Shown: in pieces, positions 9,176 to 17,691 of the stretch
Position numbering within the stretch: position 1 is the first letter of the stretch
Layout of the letters: every line of letters begins with the position of its first letter
From: Pseudomonadota bacterium
GTDB lineage: Bacteria > Pseudomonadota > Gammaproteobacteria > Burkholderiales > JABEVD01
Direction: 5' to 3'
Assembly (NCBI GenBank): GCA_021848825.1
Contig: JAJZTQ010000011.1
Location: 1,051 to 65,050, forward strand
DNA: 64,000 bases
Position numbers and translations under genes: made by a program
The notes under the pieces: generated by a model
The model's database searches: none
Told to the model about the DNA's origin: nothing
Seen by the model: the letters and a program-made list of their open reading frames with translations, nothing else

Positions 9176-9230
9176 AAAAAAATGGGCACCAATTCCCTTG
9201 CGGGAAATGATGCCCCCCTCGTATGGGTTG
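9176..9230 (-). promoter_or_regulatory. Conserved leader hairpin with GCAA loop and U-tract (copy A)
   Basis: Minus strand GGGCATCA-TTTCCC-GCAA-GGGAAT-TGGTGCCC-A-T7, upstream of antA. Confidence 0.65.
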
Positions 9231-9248
9231 AAATTACTTCACTTTCAC

Positions 9249-10541
9249 TTACTCGTCATCGAAGCCATCCCATTTCGCCAGATCGATTTCCTCGATGTCA
9301 CCGAACGGTTGATAGCCAGGATACTCGCCATGCTCGCGGCACCATTGAAGAAGCTCCAATGCTGCGCGATACTTCTTTCGGCCCGTCTCGATCATTGCTG
9401 CGCTTGCCTTGTACACCGCGGCCTCGTGAGGTCCGTTTTTCTCGCTGGGCAGGAAGTAGAAAGGCAGAGTCAAACCCGTCAGTTCCTTTACAGCATCAGT
9501 GTAGAAAGCTGCTTGCAGATCGTAGCTGTACTTCCCGATTGATCTGGCAAACCCGGTAATACTGGCATCCAGTGTGGATTTGACATCCAGAATGCCGGTC
9601 AAGGTTTTACCATCGTCCATCAGAAAATCCAGCCTGCACTTGCAACGAATCCCAGTTACCGGATCGTCCCAGTATGCAGTCAGTTCCGGCTTTCCCTTTT
9701 GAAGCAACTTTCGCGCTCCTTTATGGGATAGGGCTTTTTGCCGCATTTTGATGATGGCCTGCATATGCTCGTCCGTGAGGATGATCTTTTCGCCGTAAAC
9801 CGCCTCGAAAACATCATCCCTGAAGCGAAACTCGGAATTTGCATCAGCAGCCTTGATCGCCGCCTTCAGCTCGTCCTTTGTCAGCGCCTCGACACGAATG
9901 CCCAAGGTAATTGCCGCTGCCTTGTAATCGTCAAGCGATTGCAGGGCTCCTGCAAGTTTCTCCTGGGTCATTGCGGCAAGTTCAGCCTGCACATCTTCTT
10001 TGAAGCGAAACTCGGAATTTGCATCAGCAGCTTTGATCGCCGCCTTCAGCTCGTCCTTTTTGAGTTTGGCATCAACCCCCAAGCGTGCCGCCGCTGCCTT
10101 GTAGTCATCCATCGACTGCAAGGTATTTTCGAAGGCACCAAGGGAATACCGCGCCATTTCAGCCTGAACATCGTCCTTGAAGCGAAACTCGGAATTTGCA
10201 TCAGCGGCCTTGATCGCCGCCTTCAGCTCGTCCTTGCCAGGCACGCCGTAAGCGACACCCAACTTGTCCGCCGCTGCCTTGTAATCGTCAAACGATTGCA
10301 GGGTTCCAGCGAACACTTCTTCCTTGACGACATCATAGGTGGTCTCGAACAGCCACGGCTCAAGGATAGCGGCATGAACCGCTGTCCCGAACTGCATAGC
10401 CTGTGTGGGTTCGATCTTCTCGTTGATGTATTCCGCGAAATGAGCAGGCGACCGGAGCATACGCACCAAGGCTGAATGCCCTACCGCCGTCTTGTCCGCG
10501 TGATATTCGTCGGCTGAAATATTGATGAATTTGTCATGCAT
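9249..10541 (-). CDS. RecE/exonuclease VIII-like PD-(D/E)xK nuclease (DUF3799 type) with three inserted repeats
   Basis: YHA...S.S...SPAH; A..FGTA.HAA.LEP; CKCR.D...DVKST; Y..QAAFY; likely start ATG 10541. Confidence 0.85.
   Translation of the reverse strand: MHDKFINISADEYHADKTAVGHSALVRMLRSPAHFAEYINEKIEPTQAMQFGTAVHAAILEPWLFETTYDVVKEEVFAGTLQSFDDYKAAADKLGVAYGVPGKDELKAAIKAADANSEFRFKDDVQAEMARYSLGAFENTLQSMDDYKAAAARLGVDAKLKKDELKAAIKAADANSEFRFKEDVQAELAAMTQEKLAGALQSLDDYKAAAITLGIRVEALTKDELKAAIKAADANSEFRFRDDVFEAVYGEKIILTDEHMQAIIKMRQKALSHKGARKLLQKGKPELTAYWDDPVTGIRCKCRLDFLMDDGKTLTGILDVKSTLDASITGFARSIGKYSYDLQAAFYTDAVKELTGLTLPFYFLPSEKNGPHEAAVYKASAAMIETGRKKYRAALELLQWCREHGEYPGYQPFGDIEEIDLAKWDGFDDE
9821..10302 (-). 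repeat. Three in-frame ~59-60 aa repeats (periods 180 and 177 bp) inside the nuclease
   Basis: LQS.DDYKAAA..LG....KDELKAAIKAADANSEFRF x3; DNA copies at 9821, 10001 and 10178. Confidence 0.92.
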
Positions 10542-10567
10542 GATGTATCTCCTTTTCGATGAAACGT

Positions 10568-10619
10568 AAAAAAAAGGGACACCATGCCCCTTGCGGGAAG
10601 TGATGTCCCGCAAGGGTTG
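10568..10619 (-). promoter_or_regulatory. Conserved leader hairpin with GCAA loop and U-tract (copy B)
   Basis: Minus strand CAACCCTTGCGGGACATCACTTCCC-GCAA-GGGGCATGGTGTCCC-T8. Confidence 0.65.
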
Positions 10620-10695
10620 AACTACGAAATACTGGGATCGATTGAAGATCAACCGATCTGGATGATGCCGGTTTCCCGGCGATGGTTAAACGCAA

Positions 10696-10827
10696 TCAGG
10701 CGTGATTTACGTCATCCTGATGTTTCTTGCCATGACGATCTTCAGCACGATGATGCTTTGCGTAGATCGAGATCAACAGCAAAATGAAGGTTGCCAGACC
10801 AAAGGCTACCAGCGAATCAGTTGCCAT
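10696..10827 (-). CDS. Small single-TM peptide (43 aa, MATDSLVAFGLATFILLLISIYAKHHRAEDRHGKKHQDDVNHA)
   Basis: RBS AGGAAGG; paralogue of 378-500. Confidence 0.65.
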   Translation of the reverse strand: MATDSLVAFGLATFILLLISIYAKHHRAEDRHGKKHQDDVNHA

Positions 10828-10891
10828 TGCCGCTACCTTCCTTTCGCAGATAGATACCAGTAACAATACACAATATGAGCATAATGAGCAT
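10817..10891 (-). CDS. Putative 24-aa hydrophobic peptide (MLIMLILCIVTGIYLRKEGSGNGN)
   Basis: RBS AAGGAGG upstream; stop overlaps next start. Confidence 0.4.
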   Translation of the reverse strand: MLIMLILCIVTGIYLRKEGSGNGN

Positions 10892-10918
10892 AACAAGGTG
10901 CCTCCTTTTTGAAACAAG

Positions 10919-10966
10919 AAAAAGGGACACCATGGCCCTTGCGGGAAATAGCGTCCCGCTTGGGTG
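10919..10966 (-). promoter_or_regulatory. Conserved leader hairpin with GCAA loop and U-tract (copy C)
   Basis: Minus strand CACCCAAGCGGGACGCTATTTCCC-GCAA-GGGCCATGGTGTCCC-T5. Confidence 0.65.
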
Positions 10967-11353
10967 AATATCAACTACATTCGATCAGCCTGACGACTGA
11001 AGTGGTCCTGGGCGACTTGTCCCAGGTCTGCTTGTTTTAGAAGGCCATCTACCTTCGTCAACACTGCAATAAGCAAGTGAATTGATAGCAATAGGCTAAA
11101 TCTGATCCCTATGTTTGTCAACAAGCAAAGAAGAACCAAAATTTACCGCCCCGGATGCCCCGGTAATGCTCCAGGAACAATTGCGACTTTTTGGCTGCAT
11201 ACCAAGCTTGGCTTGTCATACGCTTTACAGGCTTATCCTGACGATGAGCTTTCGGAGTGCCTATTCATTGATTACATTACTTTTACAGTATATTGATACT
11301 ATTTTTACGTAATTGTGATACTATTAATACGTCAATCATGCATTGGAGCGATT

Positions 11354-11986
11354 ATGATAGTGTCATGCCTGAATACCAAAGGTGGCGTTGGCAAAACGAC
11401 AGCATCACTTAATCTCGCTGTTTCTCGCGCTCTCGAAGGCCGCTCCGTGCTTGCCGTCGATGGAGACCGACAAGGTTCACTGATCACGGCCTTGGCAAAC
11501 AGGGAATGGGAGCCCGCCATTGCTGCCGCTCATTACCCTGACGGTCAGATACTTCGCCAACAAGTCACAATGGCGAAAGGTCGATACGATGACATCATCA
11601 TCGATGCTGGTGGAAGGGATAACACGGCACTCCGGGCTGCGCTGATGCTTGCCGATCTAGTTCTGATCCCGTTTCTCCCGCGCTCGTTCGACGTATGGGC
11701 ACTGGAAGACATGGCACGACTGCTCGAAGAGGCCAGGGCAACCCGAGATATCCGTGCATTGGCATTTCTATCCATGGCTGACAGCCGTGGGAATGACAAT
11801 GCAGAAGCGGCAGAATCCATACCAGAAGGAATCGAGTACCTGGGCACATCCATCGGTAGACGGAAGGCGATTGCCGATGCGGCAGGAAGAGGTAAAGGGA
11901 TTCTGGAAGAGCCTAATCGAGACCTAAAGGCTTCTGATGAGATAAGGCGGTTTGTTGCGTCAATATACCGTTATGATAATCTCTAA
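11354..11986 (+). CDS. parA: ParA family partition ATPase (short, type Ib)
   Basis: KGGVGKTT deviant Walker A, VDGD.Q, IIDAGGRD. Confidence 0.9.
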   Translation: MIVSCLNTKGGVGKTTASLNLAVSRALEGRSVLAVDGDRQGSLITALANREWEPAIAAAHYPDGQILRQQVTMAKGRYDDIIIDAGGRDNTALRAALMLADLVLIPFLPRSFDVWALEDMARLLEEARATRDIRALAFLSMADSRGNDNAEAAESIPEGIEYLGTSIGRRKAIADAAGRGKGILEEPNRDLKASDEIRRFVASIYRYDNL

Positions 11987-12016
11987 AATCAGTAAACTTT
12001 ACGGAATAACTACATC

Positions 12017-12253
12017 ATGGCTATTACCCCCCCAAAGAAACCTGCAACGGCTGATGAATTCATTGCCGGAGCGCCCGATGGCAAATCTGCTGAACCATCC
12101 AAGCAGATCAAAACGGCGGGGAGGAAAGCCATCATAACGCTCTCCATCGATCACGCCCTGCTTGCCAAAGTCGATGCCTGGGCAAAAGCGCGAGGCATGA
12201 GCAGGGCTGCCGCGATCAGTTTTGCCGTCAGCAATTTGTTTCTGAGTGAATGA
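12017..12253 (+). CDS. Small ribbon-helix-helix/CopG partition partner
   Basis: ADEFI.GA N-terminus and ITLSID..LL..VD..AK..GMSRAA.I; follows parA. Confidence 0.75.
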   Translation: MAITPPKKPATADEFIAGAPDGKSAEPSKQIKTAGRKAIITLSIDHALLAKVDAWAKARGMSRAAAISFAVSNLFLSE

Positions 12254-12293
12254 TTGTTCCAGAAGTACTACGTCCACTACCGAGGAGAAAAAC

Positions 12294-12485
12294 ATGAGTC
12301 AAGACCTGATCGACATCATCGACCGTGAAGAGCGCGTTTTCAAATCCTTCCAGGCGGCCATCGAACTGATGGAAGGTAGCCCGTCTCAGGAAGTCCGCGA
12401 AGCGCAAACGCTTCTCGCATTGCTGGTCGATGAATATCAACCTTGTCGAGCCGCCATGCGGCAACAAGTCGAGGCCCGGTCATGA
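12294..12485 (+). CDS. Hypothetical protein
   Basis: RBS GAGGAG; ATGA overlap with next gene. Confidence 0.5.
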   Translation: MSQDLIDIIDREERVFKSFQAAIELMEGSPSQEVREAQTLLALLVDEYQPCRAAMRQQVEARS

Positions 12486-13354
12486 ACATGCCCTTTAAAA
12501 AGGGCCACACGGCGCTCGTATTGGCCGGATTCGGAATCCAGGCACATGCCCAAATCCAAAACACCATCATAAGCGACAGCTACCGTTTGCAGTCAGCAGA
12601 TATACAGAACTTCTCCAAGGAAACACCCTGTTATCTTAGAGGCATCGAAAAACTCAATGACGCTTTTGGGAAGAAGGTCTTGCAGCTATTCAAAGACGAA
12701 GGGTTCAAAATCACGGACGATAAAAACGCCGAATGCGAAATAAATGTCGGCGGATGGATAAATTCTGACTCCGGTGGCAAATCGTTCTATTCGGATGAGC
12801 CTGACAAATGGGCGGAAAAAGAGGTCAATCCAAATCCGAAGGTTGCGGCGGCGATCAATGAAGCCCAAAATAAAGCTACTGCGGCCCGTCAGGGCGAGCC
12901 CATCGGCGGAAACGGTATAAACCTGCTCACACAAGCTGGTGGGCTATTTGGCGGTAACGGGGCTGCAATTGCGGGTGGAGCTGGTGTCGTGATCAATCTT
13001 CTCAGCATTTTCAACGGCGGCAACTCAAGTCCAAGTGGGGTGGCCGAAGTCAACGGGACAATGAGGTTTGGCCGGTACTTCCCAACAACGCAAGTGAGCG
13101 CCGAGATTTATACGGCTTCGAACGTTCCAGAAAAGCCGGAGGATTTGTTCTATGCCGGATACAAGGCTGTTATCGAGGATATGAAACTATGCATCTACAA
13201 ATACCATGTGAAAAATAATCTGCCGTTTGATATGCCGGTTTCTGCCGATATGGCGGCAAAAGGGAAGGAATGGGCACCCCATCCCCCAGCGGCGGTTTCG
13301 GCATCGCCTGGCACGAGCTCTTTTGTCGCTGCAAAACCTGATGCTACTCAGTGA
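12482..13354 (+). CDS. Hypothetical exported protein
   Basis: Signal peptide ending AHA; Gly-rich hydrophobic middle segment. Confidence 0.65.
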   Translation: MNMPFKKGHTALVLAGFGIQAHAQIQNTIISDSYRLQSADIQNFSKETPCYLRGIEKLNDAFGKKVLQLFKDEGFKITDDKNAECEINVGGWINSDSGGKSFYSDEPDKWAEKEVNPNPKVAAAINEAQNKATAARQGEPIGGNGINLLTQAGGLFGGNGAAIAGGAGVVINLLSIFNGGNSSPSGVAEVNGTMRFGRYFPTTQVSAEIYTASNVPEKPEDLFYAGYKAVIEDMKLCIYKYHVKNNLPFDMPVSADMAAKGKEWAPHPPAAVSASPGTSSFVAAKPDATQ

Positions 13355-13357
13355 GGA

Positions 13358-13657
13358 GTGAATAGGGTCATGAAAGACATTATTTCAGTGAATAGACAAT
13401 TTTTCATTCTCGCAAGAGAGCGGGCGAGAAACAAGCCAGCAGACGTGTCTTTCGATGTTGTGACAGGCTTAAGCGCATCGGCTTTGAACAGGATCGCTCA
13501 ACTCGATATGGAAGAAATCGAGGTATTGGCTCAATCCGAAATAGGGCTTTTAACCCTCAGAATCTCCGAAAAGCAGATTGACACTATCTTGTCTGACATG
13601 CGTGAGAAGAAACGCACTGCCTACCTTGTCGCATCCTCACAATTGCAAAAATCATAA
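13358..13657 (+). CDS. FlhD-like transcriptional activator subunit (SetD/AcaD/SgaD type)
   Basis: DI..VN..F..LAR......GLS......IA.L....I..LA.S pattern; size ~100 aa; element context. Confidence 0.65.
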   Translation: MNRVMKDIISVNRQFFILARERARNKPADVSFDVVTGLSASALNRIAQLDMEEIEVLAQSEIGLLTLRISEKQIDTILSDMREKKRTAYLVASSQLQKS

Positions 13658-13668
13658 CTGGTGACAAA

Positions 13669-14124
13669 ATGACGATGATACTGATACTGATGGCCATAAG
13701 CTTTATCGTGATTCAATCGATCAATGAAAGCCCCCGCAAGAAGCAGCATATTGCATTATGGTTATCGTACTGCTGCACGATTCTGGGCATCACCTTGATC
13801 ACCAATGCCAGAGTCGGGCTCCTTCTCTCGGTATTGACCTTCCTGATCGCCCAGCTATTCCCGCAAATCCGGGCCGCTCGTAGACGAGTAATCGCCAAAA
13901 TCTTATACCCAACAGGTAGGCATTCAGTCAGAAGAAAGCGAATTCAGAGATGGCCCCATTTCTTACATTCTATAGATACACCTAGTACGAATTCCAATAT
14001 TGAGTTCGATTCTTCCTGCATGAATTCGAATTTTGGTCATGATTTCGCCCAGGGATATGGAACAGGCGTCTCTGACGGCTCGCTCGGTTCAACAATGGGG
14101 GCTGGTGCCAGTCACAAGTGGTAA
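13669..14124 (+). CDS. Small inner-membrane protein convergent on traG (entry-exclusion candidate)
   Basis: Three N-terminal hydrophobic segments; position like eex of SXT. Confidence 0.5.
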   Translation: MTMILILMAISFIVIQSINESPRKKQHIALWLSYCCTILGITLITNARVGLLLSVLTFLIAQLFPQIRAARRRVIAKILYPTGRHSVRRKRIQRWPHFLHSIDTPSTNSNIEFDSSCMNSNFGHDFAQGYGTGVSDGSLGSTMGAGASHKW

Positions 14125-14140
14125 TTGGCTTGCCGTTCGC

Positions 14141-17100
14141 CTAATTGCTTGGCGGCGGCAGGTCTCCATCATCTTTCGCTTCCACATCCCCATGCACTTG
14201 CTGTTCGCTTGGCGGCACGTATGCCTGGCCGCTTCCAAGCAAGTTTCCGAGATTTGATTTCCCAAGCGAGCTTGCCAGCTCGTCACTGACACCACTCTGT
14301 GAGCCCTCCATGTGCGATCCTGCCGGGACGGGTTGCGCTGGCATGGCAGCCTGCACTGGCGCTTCTGGCTCTGGTTGCTTCACGGCTTCCGGCGATCCTG
14401 CCGGGACGGGCTGCGAGGGCATGGCCGCCTGCACTGGCGCTTCGGGCTCGGGTTGCTTCACGGCTTCCGGCGATCCTGCCGGGGCGGGCTGCGAGGGCAT
14501 GGCAGCCTGCACTGGCGCTTCGGGCTCGGGTTGCTTCACGGCTTCCGGCGATCCTGCCGGGGCGGGCTGCGAGGGCATGGCAGCCTGCACTGGCGCTTCT
14601 GGCTCGGCGGTTTTGCCTGAGCCATCCAAAGTGTCAGTAATCAGTTTGTCGGCTTCCGAAGTCCCGACACCCACCAAGACTTGCTTGCTAAAATCCGTTT
14701 TGGCAACATTATCTGCCGTCACTTCAGCGGCTTTCTCTGCTGTGGGTTCGGCTTCTTTCACAGCAAAACGCCCTACAGCTCCAACCTCAGCCATACCGTC
14801 GCCTACAGCGAGCAAATCGATGCCTGTTTCTATCAATGCCTGCGTGTCGCTTCCCTTAAACCGTTCTGCCGCCTTCTGTTCGAAATAAGCACCACTCTCT
14901 ATACCCAATTTATTTTCGGCTTCTTCGGCTAAATGATTGGTTGCATCCGGTATAACGGATGAAGCTGCATTGTGGAATGTTCTCATCACTGTGCCCGGAT
15001 TATTCAGTTCTCCCAAAACGGTTCCAGAGACAGTATCCGCTGGCATACCGCCAGGCATAACCGGGTCTGTCGATGGTTTGGTGCTCGTCGTTGGCTTTGT
15101 GGCACTTGAAGTCTGATTCAGCATCCCGCCCACAGAACCAGCTATCGGATTGGCCACATGCTGGCCAGGCGTAACCCCTGCGTCTGTTTGATCGGCCTGC
15201 ACAGCGCCCTGATTACCGGCATTTGCTCCGAAAACAGCCGCTTTCCCATTTGCTGCCAGGGAATTCTTGTCGAAATCGGCCTTGATCCCCTTTTCTGTCT
15301 GCATTTGGCCGTTCACAAGCGCCTGTACATCTGCATCCATCAACTTCTCGGAAAACGCTCTCACAGTGTTCTGCATGTCCGGGTCGCCCTGGCGCATCAG
15401 CTTATCTATGTCCTGGGCGGCCATGTTGTGATAGGTATGCCCGCCGAAGGTCAGACCACCCGGTTCGCGGCTTGCCGCAATGATGCTGTTTACCACTTGC
15501 GTTGTCCGGTCATTGGTCAGGCTATTCTGGTCAGACCTGACCAATTCCGCCTTGTTCGCCAGTTCTTCCGACCGGCGCAGCTCGTTCGAGGCCGAGTTCT
15601 GGTATGTTTGAGCCTTCGCAAATCCGGCGCTGATGTCATGCGCCCCGCGAGCACCGCTGCTGTTCTTGTCGCTAAACTGGAGACCCCTGATTGCGTTGAG
15701 CGCATTGCTGGTCTGTTGAGTCAGGCTATGCTGGGTTGCATAATCGCTCGCTTCCTGCGCCACATGATCGGCTTCAGTCTTACTCATGCCTTGTGCCCTC
15801 AGTTCCGCGCTGATTATTGGCGTGGCCAACCCAGCCGATGCCATTGCGGTAACGGTCGTCGCCTGAGATTGGGTGAGCCCGTTGGCAGTCGTTAGTTTAT
15901 GGGTCATCGTTTGCATCGCCTGGTTAGCGTTGCTGATGGTTCCCATCCTTTGCAGGTTGTCTCCACTGATCAGATCGGAGTCATGGCCATGCTGCTGAAT
16001 GAAGCTGCTGATGTCGTTCCAATTCGATGCCCACTGGGTTCCGGCCTGCTGCCCGGATGAAACGGCACTGGAAAATGCCGTCTTCGATTCCGTTGCCAGT
16101 TTCGCTGCATAGGCGGAACCACTTTCCGCCTTGAAGTTCATGCTGTCGCTGGCAACGCCCTTGTCATAGGTGCGTGTCCCATTAGCAGCGATGTTTGTGA
16201 TCGATCCATTGTCGTTGACATGCTGTTGAAGCCCTGCGCCAGCCGTGACATGAGGGGCGGCATTCACCTGCCCGTTCTGGAAGTTTCCCTCGGCCATCTG
16301 GGTGGCCAGCTTCTCGACGGAATGGGGCGGGCTGGCCAGGCTGCCAATGGCCTGAAGCCCTATCTCCCCACCTTTCACGATTCCCCAGGCAATGGGCGGA
16401 ATCGCCACCACCAGCATGCCCGCAATGGCCTGGTCGGACACGCTGCTCGACGTAATCCACTGCTGATACTGCAACGCCATCGCGTTGCCCTGCGTGGCAT
16501 TTCCCCAATATGCCGCATGGACGTTCATCATATAGTTGACCACGGCATAGAGCGGCGGCCAGAGCTGAATCCACACCAGGCTCTTCACGTATCCTGCGAG
16601 GACGGCAAGCGCCTTGTGCCCGGCAACCACGATGAAGATGAGGATGATCGGGAAAATCGCATACTGGATCAGCTCAATGGCATTCCTGACTTTCGGCATG
16701 GAGCTTTGGGCAATGTTCGCCATGGCGATATAGCTGGAATTGGTTTGCCGGAAGCCTTCCGATTGGGTCAGGCATTCAGTGGCCAGCGCTGTATTCGAGG
16801 TTTGCGCAAGCATGTTGCAGTGCGCGTCGATGATGGCATTTGACACCATCCCCTGCTGCACGGCGGCATTGGCTGATGTTGCAATACCATAGAAATAGCT
16901 TGCCGAATCGACGATGGTGTTGCTCATGGAATTCACTGCAAGAGCTTGCGAGGTCGTCTGAGATAATTCCGATACCGCAAGCTGCTGAAGCGTGGCGGGC
17001 ACTTCAGATGTCGTCAGCCTTGTGTTCAGATCGTTGTACGCTGCCGGGCAATTTACAGTCCCAACCGTGGAGAGCGTCACATAGAGGCCAGGATTGGTGT

Positions 17101-17680
17101 TTCCCAGCAAGCTCCATATATTGCTCGATGAATTGATCTGATCTTGCGTGAGGGTGCCGTTCAGGATGTCCGGGACCAGGCATTGCGAATAATAGTTGTT
17201 GAAATCGTTCTGCCAGGCAACGGTTGCAGGTTTGAGGTAATCGAGTTCCTTCTGAACACGTTGGCCGAACATCATGCCGTTCGCCTCGAAGTTCAAGTCG
17301 CTTGGCAAGGCATAGACCGTTTCATAGGCTGACGTGAGCCAATAACCAATTGTGCTGACACTGGAAGCGATGGCCGCGAGCCCGATGGGGACATTGGAAA
17401 TGACGGCAGGCGGATTCGTTCCTGTCTTATCGACAAGTTGCACTGTGGCCTTTGGCGCGAGCAGGAATCCGTTGAAGAGTGCCGCCATAAGCGTCCACTG
17501 CCAAAATTCGTCCATTCTGCCCCGACCGGACAGCACTGCCATGGCGAGAGCCATCATGGCAACCAAGGCAAGAAACCTGATTGCTCCGCCGTAATCAGCG
17601 CTCCCAACCAAAGCGGCGATGGCGTTGAAGACGCCTGTGAGTTCGGTGATGTTCCAGTAGCTGTAGATGGTGTAGATCAC
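14141..17680 (-). CDS. traG: F-type conjugal mating-pair stabilisation protein TraG
   Basis: IY.YWN...L..VFNA.A; NVP.GLA; multi-TM N-domain with W.QLWPPLYAV.N; follows traH. Confidence 0.9.
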   Translation of the reverse strand: MIYTIYSYWNITELTGVFNAIAALVGSADYGGAIRFLALVAMMALAMAVLSGRGRMDEFWQWTLMAALFNGFLLAPKATVQLVDKTGTNPPAVISNVPIGLAAIASSVSTIGYWLTSAYETVYALPSDLNFEANGMMFGQRVQKELDYLKPATVAWQNDFNNYYSQCLVPDILNGTLTQDQINSSSNIWSLLGNTNPGLYVTLSTVGTVNCPAAYNDLNTRLTTSEVPATLQQLAVSELSQTTSQALAVNSMSNTIVDSASYFYGIATSANAAVQQGMVSNAIIDAHCNMLAQTSNTALATECLTQSEGFRQTNSSYIAMANIAQSSMPKVRNAIELIQYAIFPIILIFIVVAGHKALAVLAGYVKSLVWIQLWPPLYAVVNYMMNVHAAYWGNATQGNAMALQYQQWITSSSVSDQAIAGMLVVAIPPIAWGIVKGGEIGLQAIGSLASPPHSVEKLATQMAEGNFQNGQVNAAPHVTAGAGLQQHVNDNGSITNIAANGTRTYDKGVASDSMNFKAESGSAYAAKLATESKTAFSSAVSSGQQAGTQWASNWNDISSFIQQHGHDSDLISGDNLQRMGTISNANQAMQTMTHKLTTANGLTQSQATTVTAMASAGLATPIISAELRAQGMSKTEADHVAQEASDYATQHSLTQQTSNALNAIRGLQFSDKNSSGARGAHDISAGFAKAQTYQNSASNELRRSEELANKAELVRSDQNSLTNDRTTQVVNSIIAASREPGGLTFGGHTYHNMAAQDIDKLMRQGDPDMQNTVRAFSEKLMDADVQALVNGQMQTEKGIKADFDKNSLAANGKAAVFGANAGNQGAVQADQTDAGVTPGQHVANPIAGSVGGMLNQTSSATKPTTSTKPSTDPVMPGGMPADTVSGTVLGELNNPGTVMRTFHNAASSVIPDATNHLAEEAENKLGIESGAYFEQKAAERFKGSDTQALIETGIDLLAVGDGMAEVGAVGRFAVKEAEPTAEKAAEVTADNVAKTDFSKQVLVGVGTSEADKLITDTLDGSGKTAEPEAPVQAAMPSQPAPAGSPEAVKQPEPEAPVQAAMPSQPAPAGSPEAVKQPEPEAPVQAAMPSQPVPAGSPEAVKQPEPEAPVQAAMPAQPVPAGSHMEGSQSGVSDELASSLGKSNLGNLLGSGQAYVPPSEQQVHGDVEAKDDGDLPPPSN
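14314..14606 (-). repeat. 78-bp tandem repeat (~3.75 copies) in the TraG C-terminus
   Basis: PEAPVQAAMPSQPAPAGSPEAVKQPE units; GCGATCCTGCCGGG at 14314, 14392, 14470 and 14548. Confidence 0.95.
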
Positions 17681-17691
17681 ATTACCCCCTG

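Noticed and set aside
8153-10541. Prophage, suggested by AntA and the RecE-like gene
   Set aside because: No structural, terminase or lysis genes; these families are also common on conjugative elements
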